Shown here piece by piece: positions 51,491 through 60,635 of a stretch of DNA of 64,000 bases. This stretch comes from Akkermansiaceae bacterium (lineage in GTDB: Bacteria > Verrucomicrobiota > Verrucomicrobiia > Verrucomicrobiales > Akkermansiaceae), in contig JAIPKB010000004.1 in NCBI GenBank assembly GCA_021733795.1, forward strand, positions 1,516-65,515, written 5' to 3'. Numbering within the stretch: the stretch's first letter is position 1; each line of letters begins with the position of its first letter. A program made the position numbers and the translations under genes. The notes beneath the pieces were generated by a model. That model was not told where the DNA came from. It ran no database searches and saw nothing but the letters and a program-made list of their open reading frames with translations.

Positions 51491-51832
51491 TCAGGGGCTT
51501 TTTTTTAGCGTTGCCCGCCGTTTGCGCCTGGTTTCAAAAAACGCCCTGGGGCCACCTTCGCGGTATTTTTTCACCCAGCGTTTGAGCGCCAGAGGCTGGA
51601 TCCCAAACACGCGGACCAATTCCACCTGCTTCGCATTGCCGTTGATGTAAAACTGGCTGACGATCATTTTGAAGGACGCCATGTCATCGCAGTGGTGGAG
51701 GAACACGGGCATCATGCCGTGGAGATAGACGATGTCATCACCCTCCCGCTGGTAGCCGAGGTTAGGCGTGATGAGATGGACTCCCTCGCTGAAGATGGGC
51801 AATTGCAATTGCGGCATGAGCGAGGCTGCCAT
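51491..51832 (-). CDS. IS orfA, helix-turn-helix protein
   Basis: KQVELVRVFGIQPLALKRWVKKYREGG HTH; ends at CTA AAA AAA AGC CCC TGA. Confidence 0.8.
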   Translation of the reverse strand: MAASLMPQLQLPIFSEGVHLITPNLGYQREGDDIVYLHGMMPVFLHHCDDMASFKMIVSQFYINGNAKQVELVRVFGIQPLALKRWVKKYREGGPRAFFETRRKRRATLKKSP

Positions 51833-51997
51833 ACTGCGCCGGGCTTGCGCAACTCCGCAGGCAAACTCAATCCCGATCCCTCAGAGCGATTTCGGTATCA
51901 TTTTCACCGAGTCACCACTTCAGCAGCTCAAAAAATCAAAATCCCTGATTTTACAGGCTTCAGCAGCTTTCTCGCTCACACGAGGTCAGGTGTTCTG

Positions 51998-52320
51998 TGT
52001 CCTGACGCATCGATGGCGAGAGCCCGCACGCCCCCGCCGATGCCCTCGCCAAGGGCGCTCCATCGATTTCCGTCCCACTTCGCGATGTTATTGGTACGGA
52101 CCCCGCCGGCAAATGAGAAGGCTCCCCCGACGTAGAGATCACCGTTGGAGTCGACGGCGATCGCGCGTATCGTTCCGGGGCGGAAGGAGTCGATGGTCAC
52201 CCCGCCGCCCGCGAGTCCCATGCCCGTCCAATCGGCATCACTGAAGGTGGAATCGGCCTCAAGCGTCGTCGCGATGGCGATGCCGGCAACGGTGAGGAGA
52301 TAAAGTAGGCGGCATTTCAT
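51998..52320 (-). pseudogene. 5' part of the IS-interrupted surface protein
   Basis: Signal peptide plus first propeller repeat; removing the IS and one TSD joins DASGH|LIAGG in frame (1611 aa). Confidence 0.9.
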
Positions 52321-52790
52321 CAGGAGGAGGTCTGGCGGCGGAGGCTTCTCCCATCAGGGAAAGTACTCACTGCCAAGAACTTGCTTTTCGGGATGGGTGC
52401 GCATGAGGGGTGATTGGGTAAAAGCTGAAAGCTGAAAAACTGAAAGGAAGATGAGACCGGGAGGAATGGGGCTGGTGCCTCTGCTGGGGAGTCAACCACC
52501 ATCACAGGATAAGGCAAGAGAAGAGTTTGAAATGCGGAGCTATGGTCTTCCGGTCAGGATGGTGAGCGACTCGATCCTGGTTCCCGGGGGGATCGACGCC
52601 ACTTCTTTTTCGGAGAGCTCGCTGCCGCGGATGGGTGCCTGTTGGTTGCCCGCGCCGTGCGCCGGTCCGCTGGGGTTAAGATGCGTGATGTTGGCGGAAA
52701 AGCGTCCACAGAGTTTGAGCTTTTTCCCAAGAGAGGCGAGGCGGATGCCATTCCCTCAGATTAGCCTTCCCTCAACACGAGCAGTGAACG

Positions 52791-55007
52791 CTACTCCGCC
52801 CGAGCGTTTCTTGCCGCTTCCTCCGCGCTGCTCCACGGCCCGCTTTGCTCGACGAAAGCTCCCCTCTTAAGGGTTGCCGCAGCCACCTTCGTTTTCCAGC
52901 AGCGTTTCTCCAGAATGTAGTAGTAGCGGTCCGAAATCTTGCGATCCGCCCATCGGTTGGTCACCCAGCGGCCCGCCTGGGTGATCACATCCGCGAGTTC
53001 CTCGGTGTTGTCGGGCAGCAGGGCGGCCGCGCGCATCGCCAGTGCGGCACCAATGACGCGGTAATGATGATGAACCTCGGGACTGACGCGATGCTGCTTA
53101 AGACGGCGGAGTTCCTCCCTGGAAGGCTGGGGAGCATTGGGAGGCACGACCTTGTTGCCGCTGCCGTCGGACTCTCGGTCTTCCTCACCGGGGCCATTCA
53201 CCCGCAGGTTGACGAGATCCATGTCGGAGCCGTCGGGGGCGCCCTCCGTTCCCATCAGTTCCGTGCCATCGTAACGCGCGAGCCACGCGGCGTGGAACCA
53301 CGCCCGGGCCCGTTTGGCCTTAGGAAGTTTCTCATTGGCACCGTCCTCGAGGGCCTGCACGTAGTCATCCAGGATCTTGTCGTAAGGGGCCTGCATGTAG
53401 TGGCGGGCTTCAGCGTAGCGGTCCTCCCGCACCAACCGACGACCAAGCAGAGCGCGCAAGAACTCGCGAGGATCGATTCTCTCTGAATCGAGTTCGGGCT
53501 TGGTACCCGCTGCCGGGGCAGCCTGTTTTCCAACGAAGGCGATGAGTTCGTCGGCAGTCAGGATTCGTTCGGCGACAAAGGCGGCGTCGCCCCACAGTTT
53601 CCCCTCCAGAAAGGTCTTGAGCGCATCGATGAACTCGGCCCGCTCCAGGTGCAACGCTCCGAGATTTCCGGCCGCCGCGCCGCGGAATCTTTGCCCGTCA
53701 CCCCAAGCGCCGCCATCGTTCGTTTCGGCCGGTGACCAACCGCCGTAGTCGGATCTCCCGCTTAGGAGCTGGAACGCCTTTGCCATGCTTTTTTGAGCCT
53801 CCGCGGTTTTGCCGGCCCGCCGCTCGAACTTGGACCGGAGCCAGCAGGCAGCGGGGGTGTCGGGCTTGGCGAGCTTGAGCCACTCGGCGGCCTCGTCGTA
53901 GTTGCCGGCGGAGTAAGCGATCCAGCCAAGGTACTCGGCATCCTCAAAGGCCTCGGGCTTTGCCTCTTTGATGAATCCGAGCCAGCGGGTGCAGCGCCCG
54001 CCCGGTGCGCCACCGCTCAACGCACGTTGGGTTTCCGTCGCAAGAATGTGCACCGTCATAAGCCGCCGCAGCAAGGGATCGGCGGCCGCCAGCTTGAGTT
54101 GTTGCTCCGCTGCAGCCATCTGCGCGGGTGGCAGGCTTCGTCCTCCACCGCTGATAACGGAATCGGGACCGTAGTTCAGCATACCATCGACCGGCATGCG
54201 GTCGGGAATCAGCGCCTTGAGTGAGTTGATCGCGGTCTCGTCGCCAAGCGCAAGTTGGGTGAGATAAAGCGGCGCGGCCTTTTCAGGGTGCCCTTGTTTC
54301 CATTCGCACCGGGCCTCCCAGCCATAGCTGTCCGCCGCGAGGCCGAGCGAATCGGCGAAGCCGGACTTGGCGAGCGCCCGGGTCCGCTGGAACCACGTGA
54401 CGGCCCCGGCTTGCTCGCGCTTCATCGCGATTTTTCCGAGCATGAAGGTCGCCCACACGCTCCGATAGTGGCGCTCCGCCTCGGGGCGTTTCAGGAGTGT
54501 CTCCCATGCGGTGCGGGCGTCATCCCAATGGTCTTTCCCAAGCCGATAGGCGAGCGCACCGTGATGGTAGTCGGCGAATTCGGAATCGAATTCCTCAGGT
54601 AGCGCCGCCGGCAGCTCCTTGGTGGCGAGCAGGCGCCGCACCGCCTCGTGCTGGCCGGTGGCCTTGGCGGCATCGGGCGGCACGATCGCGCCCGCTTTGA
54701 GCGCGGCGGCGAAGTCAGCGGAATCCGAGCTGGCGGTGAGAGAGCCGAGTGCTTCCATTTCCGCCTCCGAGCCCCAGGAACGGCGGGCTTCCGTCGAGAC
54801 TGTTAGAAACTCCTCCTCCGGGTGGTAGGCGCTCGAGAGGCGTTTGACTTCGAGGTCCCAGTAGAATTCGGGCGCCAGCGCCATGTTTTTCCAGCCTTGC
54901 GCGAGGTACTCGTACGGGCCACCGTAACCGGTGGCACCGAGCGGATGGGTTGCCAGAACCCAAGCCAAGGTGGCGGGGATCATGGCTCTAACATTTATAT
55001 TTTTCAT
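52791..55007 (-). CDS. Secreted TPR-like helical hypothetical protein (DUF3142 partner)
   Basis: Signal peptide, helical repeats, 37 bp downstream of the DUF3142-like gene. Confidence 0.7.
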   Translation of the reverse strand: MKNINVRAMIPATLAWVLATHPLGATGYGGPYEYLAQGWKNMALAPEFYWDLEVKRLSSAYHPEEEFLTVSTEARRSWGSEAEMEALGSLTASSDSADFAAALKAGAIVPPDAAKATGQHEAVRRLLATKELPAALPEEFDSEFADYHHGALAYRLGKDHWDDARTAWETLLKRPEAERHYRSVWATFMLGKIAMKREQAGAVTWFQRTRALAKSGFADSLGLAADSYGWEARCEWKQGHPEKAAPLYLTQLALGDETAINSLKALIPDRMPVDGMLNYGPDSVISGGGRSLPPAQMAAAEQQLKLAAADPLLRRLMTVHILATETQRALSGGAPGGRCTRWLGFIKEAKPEAFEDAEYLGWIAYSAGNYDEAAEWLKLAKPDTPAACWLRSKFERRAGKTAEAQKSMAKAFQLLSGRSDYGGWSPAETNDGGAWGDGQRFRGAAAGNLGALHLERAEFIDALKTFLEGKLWGDAAFVAERILTADELIAFVGKQAAPAAGTKPELDSERIDPREFLRALLGRRLVREDRYAEARHYMQAPYDKILDDYVQALEDGANEKLPKAKRARAWFHAAWLARYDGTELMGTEGAPDGSDMDLVNLRVNGPGEEDRESDGSGNKVVPPNAPQPSREELRRLKQHRVSPEVHHHYRVIGAALAMRAAALLPDNTEELADVITQAGRWVTNRWADRKISDRYYYILEKRCWKTKVAAATLKRGAFVEQSGPWSSAEEAARNARAE

Positions 55008-55044
55008 GATGGATCAGGTTGGGGTTGGAGAAGTTGCCGGAGCC

Positions 55045-56355
55045 TCAGGGAGATACCTCCCCGGGCTCGATGATGCTGCAATGAAGTCCGGTTGGCTGGG
55101 GAAAGCGGAGCCAGCCGATCCCGCGCCGCGCACCCGGCACCAGACGCAGGCGGGCACCCTGCTGCGGGGTGAAGGTCAGGAATCCGGGCTCCATGCCGAT
55201 TGTCCAACCCGCCAAGGCATCCGACGCGACCGGCGCGGGACCGCTCCAGGTGACGCGCACGGCATGATCGAGCGGCTCATCGGACTCACCAGTGTTCACG
55301 AGCGCGAGGTCGACGGGATTCCCGGCATCCAGGTGCACCTCGAAGCGTTGGACCGGCCTGCGGCCCTGGATCACGGCGGCAAGTGTCGGCCAGCGCCAGT
55401 TCCGGGAATCCGTCGAGACCGGGACGCGATACCAGAGCAGTTCCTGCAAGCCGGCGGGACGTTTCTCCCGCCACTCCTTTACGAGGTCGGCGATCTCGTC
55501 AGCATCGGCACCGAATTCCAGCATGCGGGTCTCCGCCGGCCACGACGGCTGTCCGGCATCCATCGCGATCCCGACGAGCTTGCCCGCCGGATCGAAGGCC
55601 GCCACGCAGCGATAGGTGGGCAGGGCGATCGAGAACGGCCGGCCGAGCTTGGCGGCGGTCTGCACCCAGCGCCGCGCCAGAACAGGGTCACAAAGCCGGT
55701 TGTCACGCCCCGCGCCGGAGGTCGCAACCGAATGCACCTGCAGCACGTAGCCATCGACCTCCCGCAGCAGCACGGGAAACTCGGGCTCGCCGAGCCAAAC
55801 CGGCAGCGTCGTGATGACAAAACGCATGGGCTGGATCGCCGCCCGCAGCTCTCTCAACCAGATCCCGTAACCGGCGAGCTTCTTCTGCGCACAGTCGAAA
55901 TCGAGCTGAAACTCCGACGGTTCCACCCCGTGTTGTCGTGCCTCGTCGAGCAGCGACTTCGCCGTCGCCACGATCAGGCGCGCGGCCGCGTCGTCCCGCA
56001 CGAACGGCCCGGGGAAGGGCGCAATCCGGAGGGCGATCGCCGGAGCGTGCTGGAGAGACGCAAGCGACTCCCACGGGATGCTCGCCCTGATCAAGCTCGG
56101 CTTCCCGCCATCCCAAACCATTTCCCCGCCGAGGAGCACGACCCCATCCAACTGACGGTCCGCCTCCCGCGCGCCATCGAGCACCTGCGGGTTCCACTCG
56201 CGCTGCCATAGATAGCCGCGTTGGGTGAGAGGGGCGGTCGCCCCGGTCGCCTCGGCATGCCGCTTGCAACCGCCCAGCAAGGCGGCGGCCACCGTCGCAC
56301 CCATCAGGATGCCACGCCGGGCACGGGAGAAGAGCGTTGGGGGTTGGATATTCAT
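55045..56355 (-). CDS. DUF3142-like lipoprotein
   Basis: LLGGC lipobox; YLWQREW, QLDFDC, ITTLP.WL, YVLQVH motifs recalled for DUF3142. Confidence 0.7.
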   Translation of the reverse strand: MNIQPPTLFSRARRGILMGATVAAALLGGCKRHAEATGATAPLTQRGYLWQREWNPQVLDGAREADRQLDGVVLLGGEMVWDGGKPSLIRASIPWESLASLQHAPAIALRIAPFPGPFVRDDAAARLIVATAKSLLDEARQHGVEPSEFQLDFDCAQKKLAGYGIWLRELRAAIQPMRFVITTLPVWLGEPEFPVLLREVDGYVLQVHSVATSGAGRDNRLCDPVLARRWVQTAAKLGRPFSIALPTYRCVAAFDPAGKLVGIAMDAGQPSWPAETRMLEFGADADEIADLVKEWREKRPAGLQELLWYRVPVSTDSRNWRWPTLAAVIQGRRPVQRFEVHLDAGNPVDLALVNTGESDEPLDHAVRVTWSGPAPVASDALAGWTIGMEPGFLTFTPQQGARLRLVPGARRGIGWLRFPQPTGLHCSIIEPGEVSP

Positions 56356-56359
56356 TTCA

Positions 56360-57688
56360 TCATCGCCGATAGATTTCCGACAGTTCGTAGATCCGGTCCG
56401 ACATCTTGTCCGCTTCCTCGAATTTGCCCAGCTTGATCAATATTCGCTCATAATCCCCAGCAAACTCGATAGAATCCCAATATGACGGATAGGCCTCGCG
56501 CATGAGACTTTCGGCCTCTTCAAATCGTCCCAGATTAAAATAGGCCCTCGCCAGAAAATGGCGGGTTACGGGTTCGTCTTTCGGGCTGAGTGCGATGGCA
56601 GATTTGCGGGCCTCGATCGCCTTCTCAGTTAGTCCCATCTCAATAAGCAGAAAGGCGCGACAATCCAACGATTTGACCTGGTCAGGAACCGGGTCAGCGG
56701 GATCGCAAACCGGAAAATCCTCCAGACCAACCAATGGATCGGCAGGGTCGTAGTAATTCACTGTATCGAGCGCCCAATCCTTCAGCAGGAAGCTGGCAGG
56801 ATACCGGGCGAGCAATTCCTTCAGACAACGCCGGCTCTCCTCCCGGTTTCCCATCCTCCTTGAAACGGCCATGCGATTGAAAGCCGGATCCATCAATACG
56901 GGATCCATGGGATTGTTCGCTTCAGAGAGAGGAAACGGGATGGCTTTATCCTCCTTCACCATGTGGCTGATAGAATCTGCGAGTGTGACGACGGGAGTCA
57001 GAGCGAGAAGAACCTGCTCCTTTCTCATGGTTTGAGAGTAGAAGAACGCGACCAGGTGCCCGTCCTTGTTGATCACGAAGGGACCACCGGCCAGGTGGAG
57101 CCGCTGCTTTAGAGTCAGACCCGAACCCAGGCTCAGTATCTGTGTGAATTCCTTCTTGCGATAATCCCCCCTCGCGCAACTCCGTTTCGCCAGGATCTTC
57201 CCGATGACCGGAGGAACCTTTCCGTCCTGAATCGTCTTCTTCTGGGAGTCGACGACAATCACAGCGACGGCATCCCCCACTTCCAGATCCTTTCCCGCAA
57301 ACTCCACCCATGTTTTGGGGCGATGTTCAAACTTCATGAGAGCCAGATCGGCTGTGGGAAAAAGCCCGAGAATTTTTCCGAGCTTCAGTGGTGTTCCATC
57401 CGCCGTGACGGCGGTTGGTTTTTCCTTCCAGACAAGCGATGATAGATTGATGAGGGAAAGGCCTTCTTTTGAGATGAAAACGCCGGAAGAAGCCTGCCCT
57501 TGATTCGATCCGACCTTTGAATCCAGCCTGATCGCTGCCGCTTGTTTCTCGCATGCAAGTCGGGCCAGCGCGACATTGGCGTCCTTGGCCACAGCTCCGG
57601 CGGGTTCCGGGCCGGCAGCAGCAATGCCAGGAAACAATCCGGCCAGGATGGCCAGCAGGAGCGAGGTAGTGGTTTTGATGGTCTTCAT
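56360..57688 (-). CDS. Secreted trypsin-like pseudo-protease with C-terminal TPRs
   Basis: SSGVFISKEG..IN, ADLALMK, AGGPFVINKDG.LV; catalytic His and Ser positions substituted; TPRs at the C-terminus. Confidence 0.7.
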   Translation of the reverse strand: MKTIKTTTSLLLAILAGLFPGIAAAGPEPAGAVAKDANVALARLACEKQAAAIRLDSKVGSNQGQASSGVFISKEGLSLINLSSLVWKEKPTAVTADGTPLKLGKILGLFPTADLALMKFEHRPKTWVEFAGKDLEVGDAVAVIVVDSQKKTIQDGKVPPVIGKILAKRSCARGDYRKKEFTQILSLGSGLTLKQRLHLAGGPFVINKDGHLVAFFYSQTMRKEQVLLALTPVVTLADSISHMVKEDKAIPFPLSEANNPMDPVLMDPAFNRMAVSRRMGNREESRRCLKELLARYPASFLLKDWALDTVNYYDPADPLVGLEDFPVCDPADPVPDQVKSLDCRAFLLIEMGLTEKAIEARKSAIALSPKDEPVTRHFLARAYFNLGRFEEAESLMREAYPSYWDSIEFAGDYERILIKLGKFEEADKMSDRIYELSEIYRR

Positions 57689-57755
57689 GGCGGTTGGATA
57701 TTGATGGATGCTGTTTCGTTTGGTGGGAGGAGCCGGATGACAGGGATGGAACAGG

Positions 57756-58424
57756 TCAGGGTGCCTGCATTTGCGCCCAGGCGGCCCATGGTTTTTCATC
57801 GACTCTCCCGTCGGGATAGGCGCGGACCTGGCGGACGATCCCCTGGCTTGAGTAGTGGGCGACCACCATCAGGTCGATGTGGGTCGCGGGCCTGCCGTGC
57901 TGAGTGACCCCGTGGCCGATCCGTTCCCCAATGCCGATGACGGCAGCGGGAGGGCCCAAGAAGATTGTTCCGAGGACCGCTCCCTCCGCTCCTCCTTCAC
58001 CCAGTGAATCGACGATCCTCCCGGCCACGCTATTGGTGAGTTCTGTGGAGGGCGGATACACATCATAGTAGATGAAATAGATCGTGTCCGGTGTCGCATA
58101 AAACCGCAGTTGCACCTGCTGGTCCTGGCCTTGAGGCCAGCGGAATCGGGTCTTGATCGTATTCAGGCCCGGTTCGATGACACACCTGGTGCCTTTGGCG
58201 CTTTTGCCATTGATGGAAACGAGTTCAATTCCTTCGACCCGATCCCGGTGCCTGGGATCGGGTGCCGCGTCGATGATGGCGGATCCCGCGGGTGGCGGAG
58301 CGTTCGTCGTCGAAACGCAGGACCCAAGCAACAGGCATGCGGTTGCCGCCGCCAGGGTGGCGGACACCCAATTGATCATTGAATCGCGGTTTGTCTGTTT
58401 CATGGTTTGCGGTTGGTTCGTCAT
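57756..58424 (-). CDS. Lipoprotein, hypothetical
   Basis: LLLGSC lipobox; full-length paralogue of 44580-44978. Confidence 0.75.
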   Translation of the reverse strand: MTNQPQTMKQTNRDSMINWVSATLAAATACLLLGSCVSTTNAPPPAGSAIIDAAPDPRHRDRVEGIELVSINGKSAKGTRCVIEPGLNTIKTRFRWPQGQDQQVQLRFYATPDTIYFIYYDVYPPSTELTNSVAGRIVDSLGEGGAEGAVLGTIFLGPPAAVIGIGERIGHGVTQHGRPATHIDLMVVAHYSSQGIVRQVRAYPDGRVDEKPWAAWAQMQAP

Positions 58425-58712
58425 CTCAAGGGAACATGCGTGCTGCGGGCGGCAAAGCGTCCACTGAATTGCGAAGAATCGACGGTTTTGGGGTTATCAC
58501 CTTGGTGCGTTCGCTATTTCTCGACCTCGATCTTTCTGTTTATCCCCCATCCGCCCCTCGAGGCGCAGCAGCAGCTTGTCGGCACCAACCACGGGATAGG
58601 GCAAGAGAATAGTCAGAAATGCGGGACTATTTGCCAAAACTCTAAGAGCCTGTCTGAAAAATAAATGCGTTTCGCCATGGTGCTCCAACAACGCCTTGTG
58701 GCCACGGGAAGA

Positions 58713-58760
58713 GAGCCCGGCAGGATGCCGGGCTCAGCCGGCGAGACGTCGGCGCTCCCC
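58713..58760. repeat. REP-like double hairpin
   Basis: GAGCCCGGCA-GGA-TGCCGGGCTC followed by GCCGGCG-AGA-CGTCGGC-GCTCCC. Confidence 0.7.
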
Positions 58761-58808
58761 GTCCAGACGCGCACTAAGGCGCGGTCTCCCATCGGGGACA
58801 GAACATGA

Positions 58809-59753
58809 TTACTTGGATTTCGGTCGGATGTTGATGAGCGATTCAAACGCGTCCGTGCGGATCCACCGGATGGTTGCCGGGTTTTTTACCGGGTAGAAAT
58901 TGTCCGCGATGCCGACGAAACGAACATCGCCGATTTTCATCCAGCCGACACCGACGACTTCGTGGCCCCATGAGAGCTGCGGCTTGTGAGGAAGGCGGAC
59001 GGTACAGGAGAGCAGCACGGGCCTGTCCGCGCCGATCTCGGTTTGCAACATCTCGAAGCGAAAACGGTTCAGGCCGACCTGGAGGGGCACGCGGTGCTCG
59101 TCGGCGTCGGCCTGGATCGCACGGGCGAGTTCAGCGGGCATGGCACCCGCGAGGATCATGCCGTCATCCGTGTAGCCGTCCTTGTCGGGGATGGACCGCA
59201 TCGTCAGTCGTGCCCTGATCCGCTTGGTCAGCGACCGGAGCGGGTCATCACCGGCGCCGCCACGCCACTGAGGATAACCGTGGTCGATCCAGAATCCGAG
59301 CACGCTTGCCGCGGAGGTCGGAACGCATCCGGATGCGATGGCCGTGCCGTCCTTTTGTGGGATGGCAAATTGCTGGAATGCGGACACTCCCCGCAGCGCC
59401 TTCGCGGTCGGCGTGTCCACGTCCAGACCCGCGTCAAACGCGAACTCGACGAGTCCTCCCTCACCCCCGGCATCCCACGCGAGATAGCCCGTGTCGCCCT
59501 TTGCATTCACTATTTTTGCCCGCCACACTGGCGGCAGGCCGGTGGGCCACGATTGATCCTTCTTGGGTTCGACGAGACGGATTTCCTCGAGCGTCGCTCC
59601 CTTCCATTCCGCGAGCCATGGCTGGGCTGTTAGCTGCGCGAGGTGGCCGGCAGCGCGATGGCCGGCGGCATTTTCAGGAGCCGGCTCCACGGCGGAGGCG
59701 GGACTGATGAGCAAACCCAGCGAGGTGATGAAAAAAGCGGGAGTGGTTTTCAT
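58809..59753 (-). CDS. Secreted papain-fold (C39/C10-like) peptidase-domain protein
   Basis: Signal peptide; FQQ...SGCVPTSAASVLGFW, GHEVVGVGW, IADN. Confidence 0.65.
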   Translation of the reverse strand: MKTTPAFFITSLGLLISPASAVEPAPENAAGHRAAGHLAQLTAQPWLAEWKGATLEEIRLVEPKKDQSWPTGLPPVWRAKIVNAKGDTGYLAWDAGGEGGLVEFAFDAGLDVDTPTAKALRGVSAFQQFAIPQKDGTAIASGCVPTSAASVLGFWIDHGYPQWRGGAGDDPLRSLTKRIRARLTMRSIPDKDGYTDDGMILAGAMPAELARAIQADADEHRVPLQVGLNRFRFEMLQTEIGADRPVLLSCTVRLPHKPQLSWGHEVVGVGWMKIGDVRFVGIADNFYPVKNPATIRWIRTDAFESLINIRPKSK

Positions 59754-59762
59754 GATGAACTG

Positions 59763-60090
59763 CTAGATGATATGAGATTGGCAGGCGATGCGCTCCGCAA
59801 GGTCCGTCGGTTTGAGGGCTTGTTCGAGGATCGCTTCGGGGGGGGTGTTTTGGGGCATGATCCAGACGAGGCCGAACCCACCCTCGCCGCTCCGCTGGCG
59901 TAGGATGCAGGGTCCCACCTGGTCGCCCTCCTGCTCCGAGTGGGTCTCGTCGAACTCCGGCGCGCCGAGCGTGACTCCCTCCGAATTGCCGAAGAACGAA
60001 TCGGCCTTCATGGCGGCGGCCCGCAGGTCTTGCACCTTGAGTCGCAGTTGCCTTGAATCCGGGCATCATCGACACCCGCATGCGGCGTTC
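59763..60090 (-). pseudogene. N-terminal remnant of a PVC-type Ser/Thr protein kinase
   Basis: LRLKVQDLRAA...EQEGDQVGPCILRQRSGEGGFGLVW matches the E..G..IGPY.L...IGEGGFG.VW start; the rest of the kinase is missing. Confidence 0.7.
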
Positions 60091-60250
60091 CTGCTGCGGT
60101 AACGCGGCCGGGGATTATCCGGACCCGGAGAGCTGGGCGAAGGTGGCGGTGCCGCTCCTGGCATCTTTGGGTCCCAAACACAATGGCATGCCGCTGACTG
60201 TGCCCGAGGCCTGCCAGATGCGGCTCCGGTAGAGTTAGAGTCGGTTGTCC

Positions 60251-60373
60251 CTACTTTTGTGCGCCTCCCTGCTTGTTGGTCAGCGCCTGCTTCTTTGCCT
60301 GAGAGGCGCTGCTGGCTTTGGCCTGCTTCTGCGCGGACTTCTTCTGGTTTGCTTTGGGGGATTTGTCGCCCAT
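60251..60373 (-). CDS. Small Lys/Gln/Ala-rich basic peptide (40 aa)
   Basis: MGDKSPKANQKKSAQKQAKASSASQAKKQALTNKQGGAQK*; coding-like codon use; below the ORF-track cutoff. Confidence 0.6.
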   Translation of the reverse strand: MGDKSPKANQKKSAQKQAKASSASQAKKQALTNKQGGAQK

Positions 60374-60635
60374 GATTTTGGTGGGTTGATGGAGTCAAGC
60401 GTGGCAAAGGCGGATTGCCTTTCCAGCCAGCGTTTGCAACTTCCTTGATTCCGCGGCAAAGTCAAGGGCCGATTGCTCGGAAATTTCTGAGGTGGTCCGC
60501 ATGAGGGGCTGAAGAGCGGTTCGGAGACCGGGAGCAAGGGCGGAACGAAACGTTGGGCGCGTAGTCGATTGTGTCGCCCCATTGTATTTCCGACGAACGC
60601 GAAACATGCGCCCGCCCTGTCACGTAGTTCTGTCC

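Larger units (their letters stand above)
49612..51997 (-). mobile_element. Insertion sequence, 2386 bp, family unassigned (DDE)
   Basis: Perfect 20-bp IRs CAGAACACCTGACCTCGTGT (49612-49631; reverse complement 51978-51997); 5-bp TSD TGTCC (49607-49611, 51998-52002). Confidence 0.95.

Noticed and set aside
52540-52755. Start-less 71-codon minus-strand frame (GNGIRLASLGKK...LTILTGRP*)
   Set aside because: It may be another gene tail, but it has no start and no recognisable family.
58642-58662. CTAAGAGCCTGTCTGAAAAAT resembling an IS terminal repeat
   Set aside because: No partner end or transposase was found in the window.
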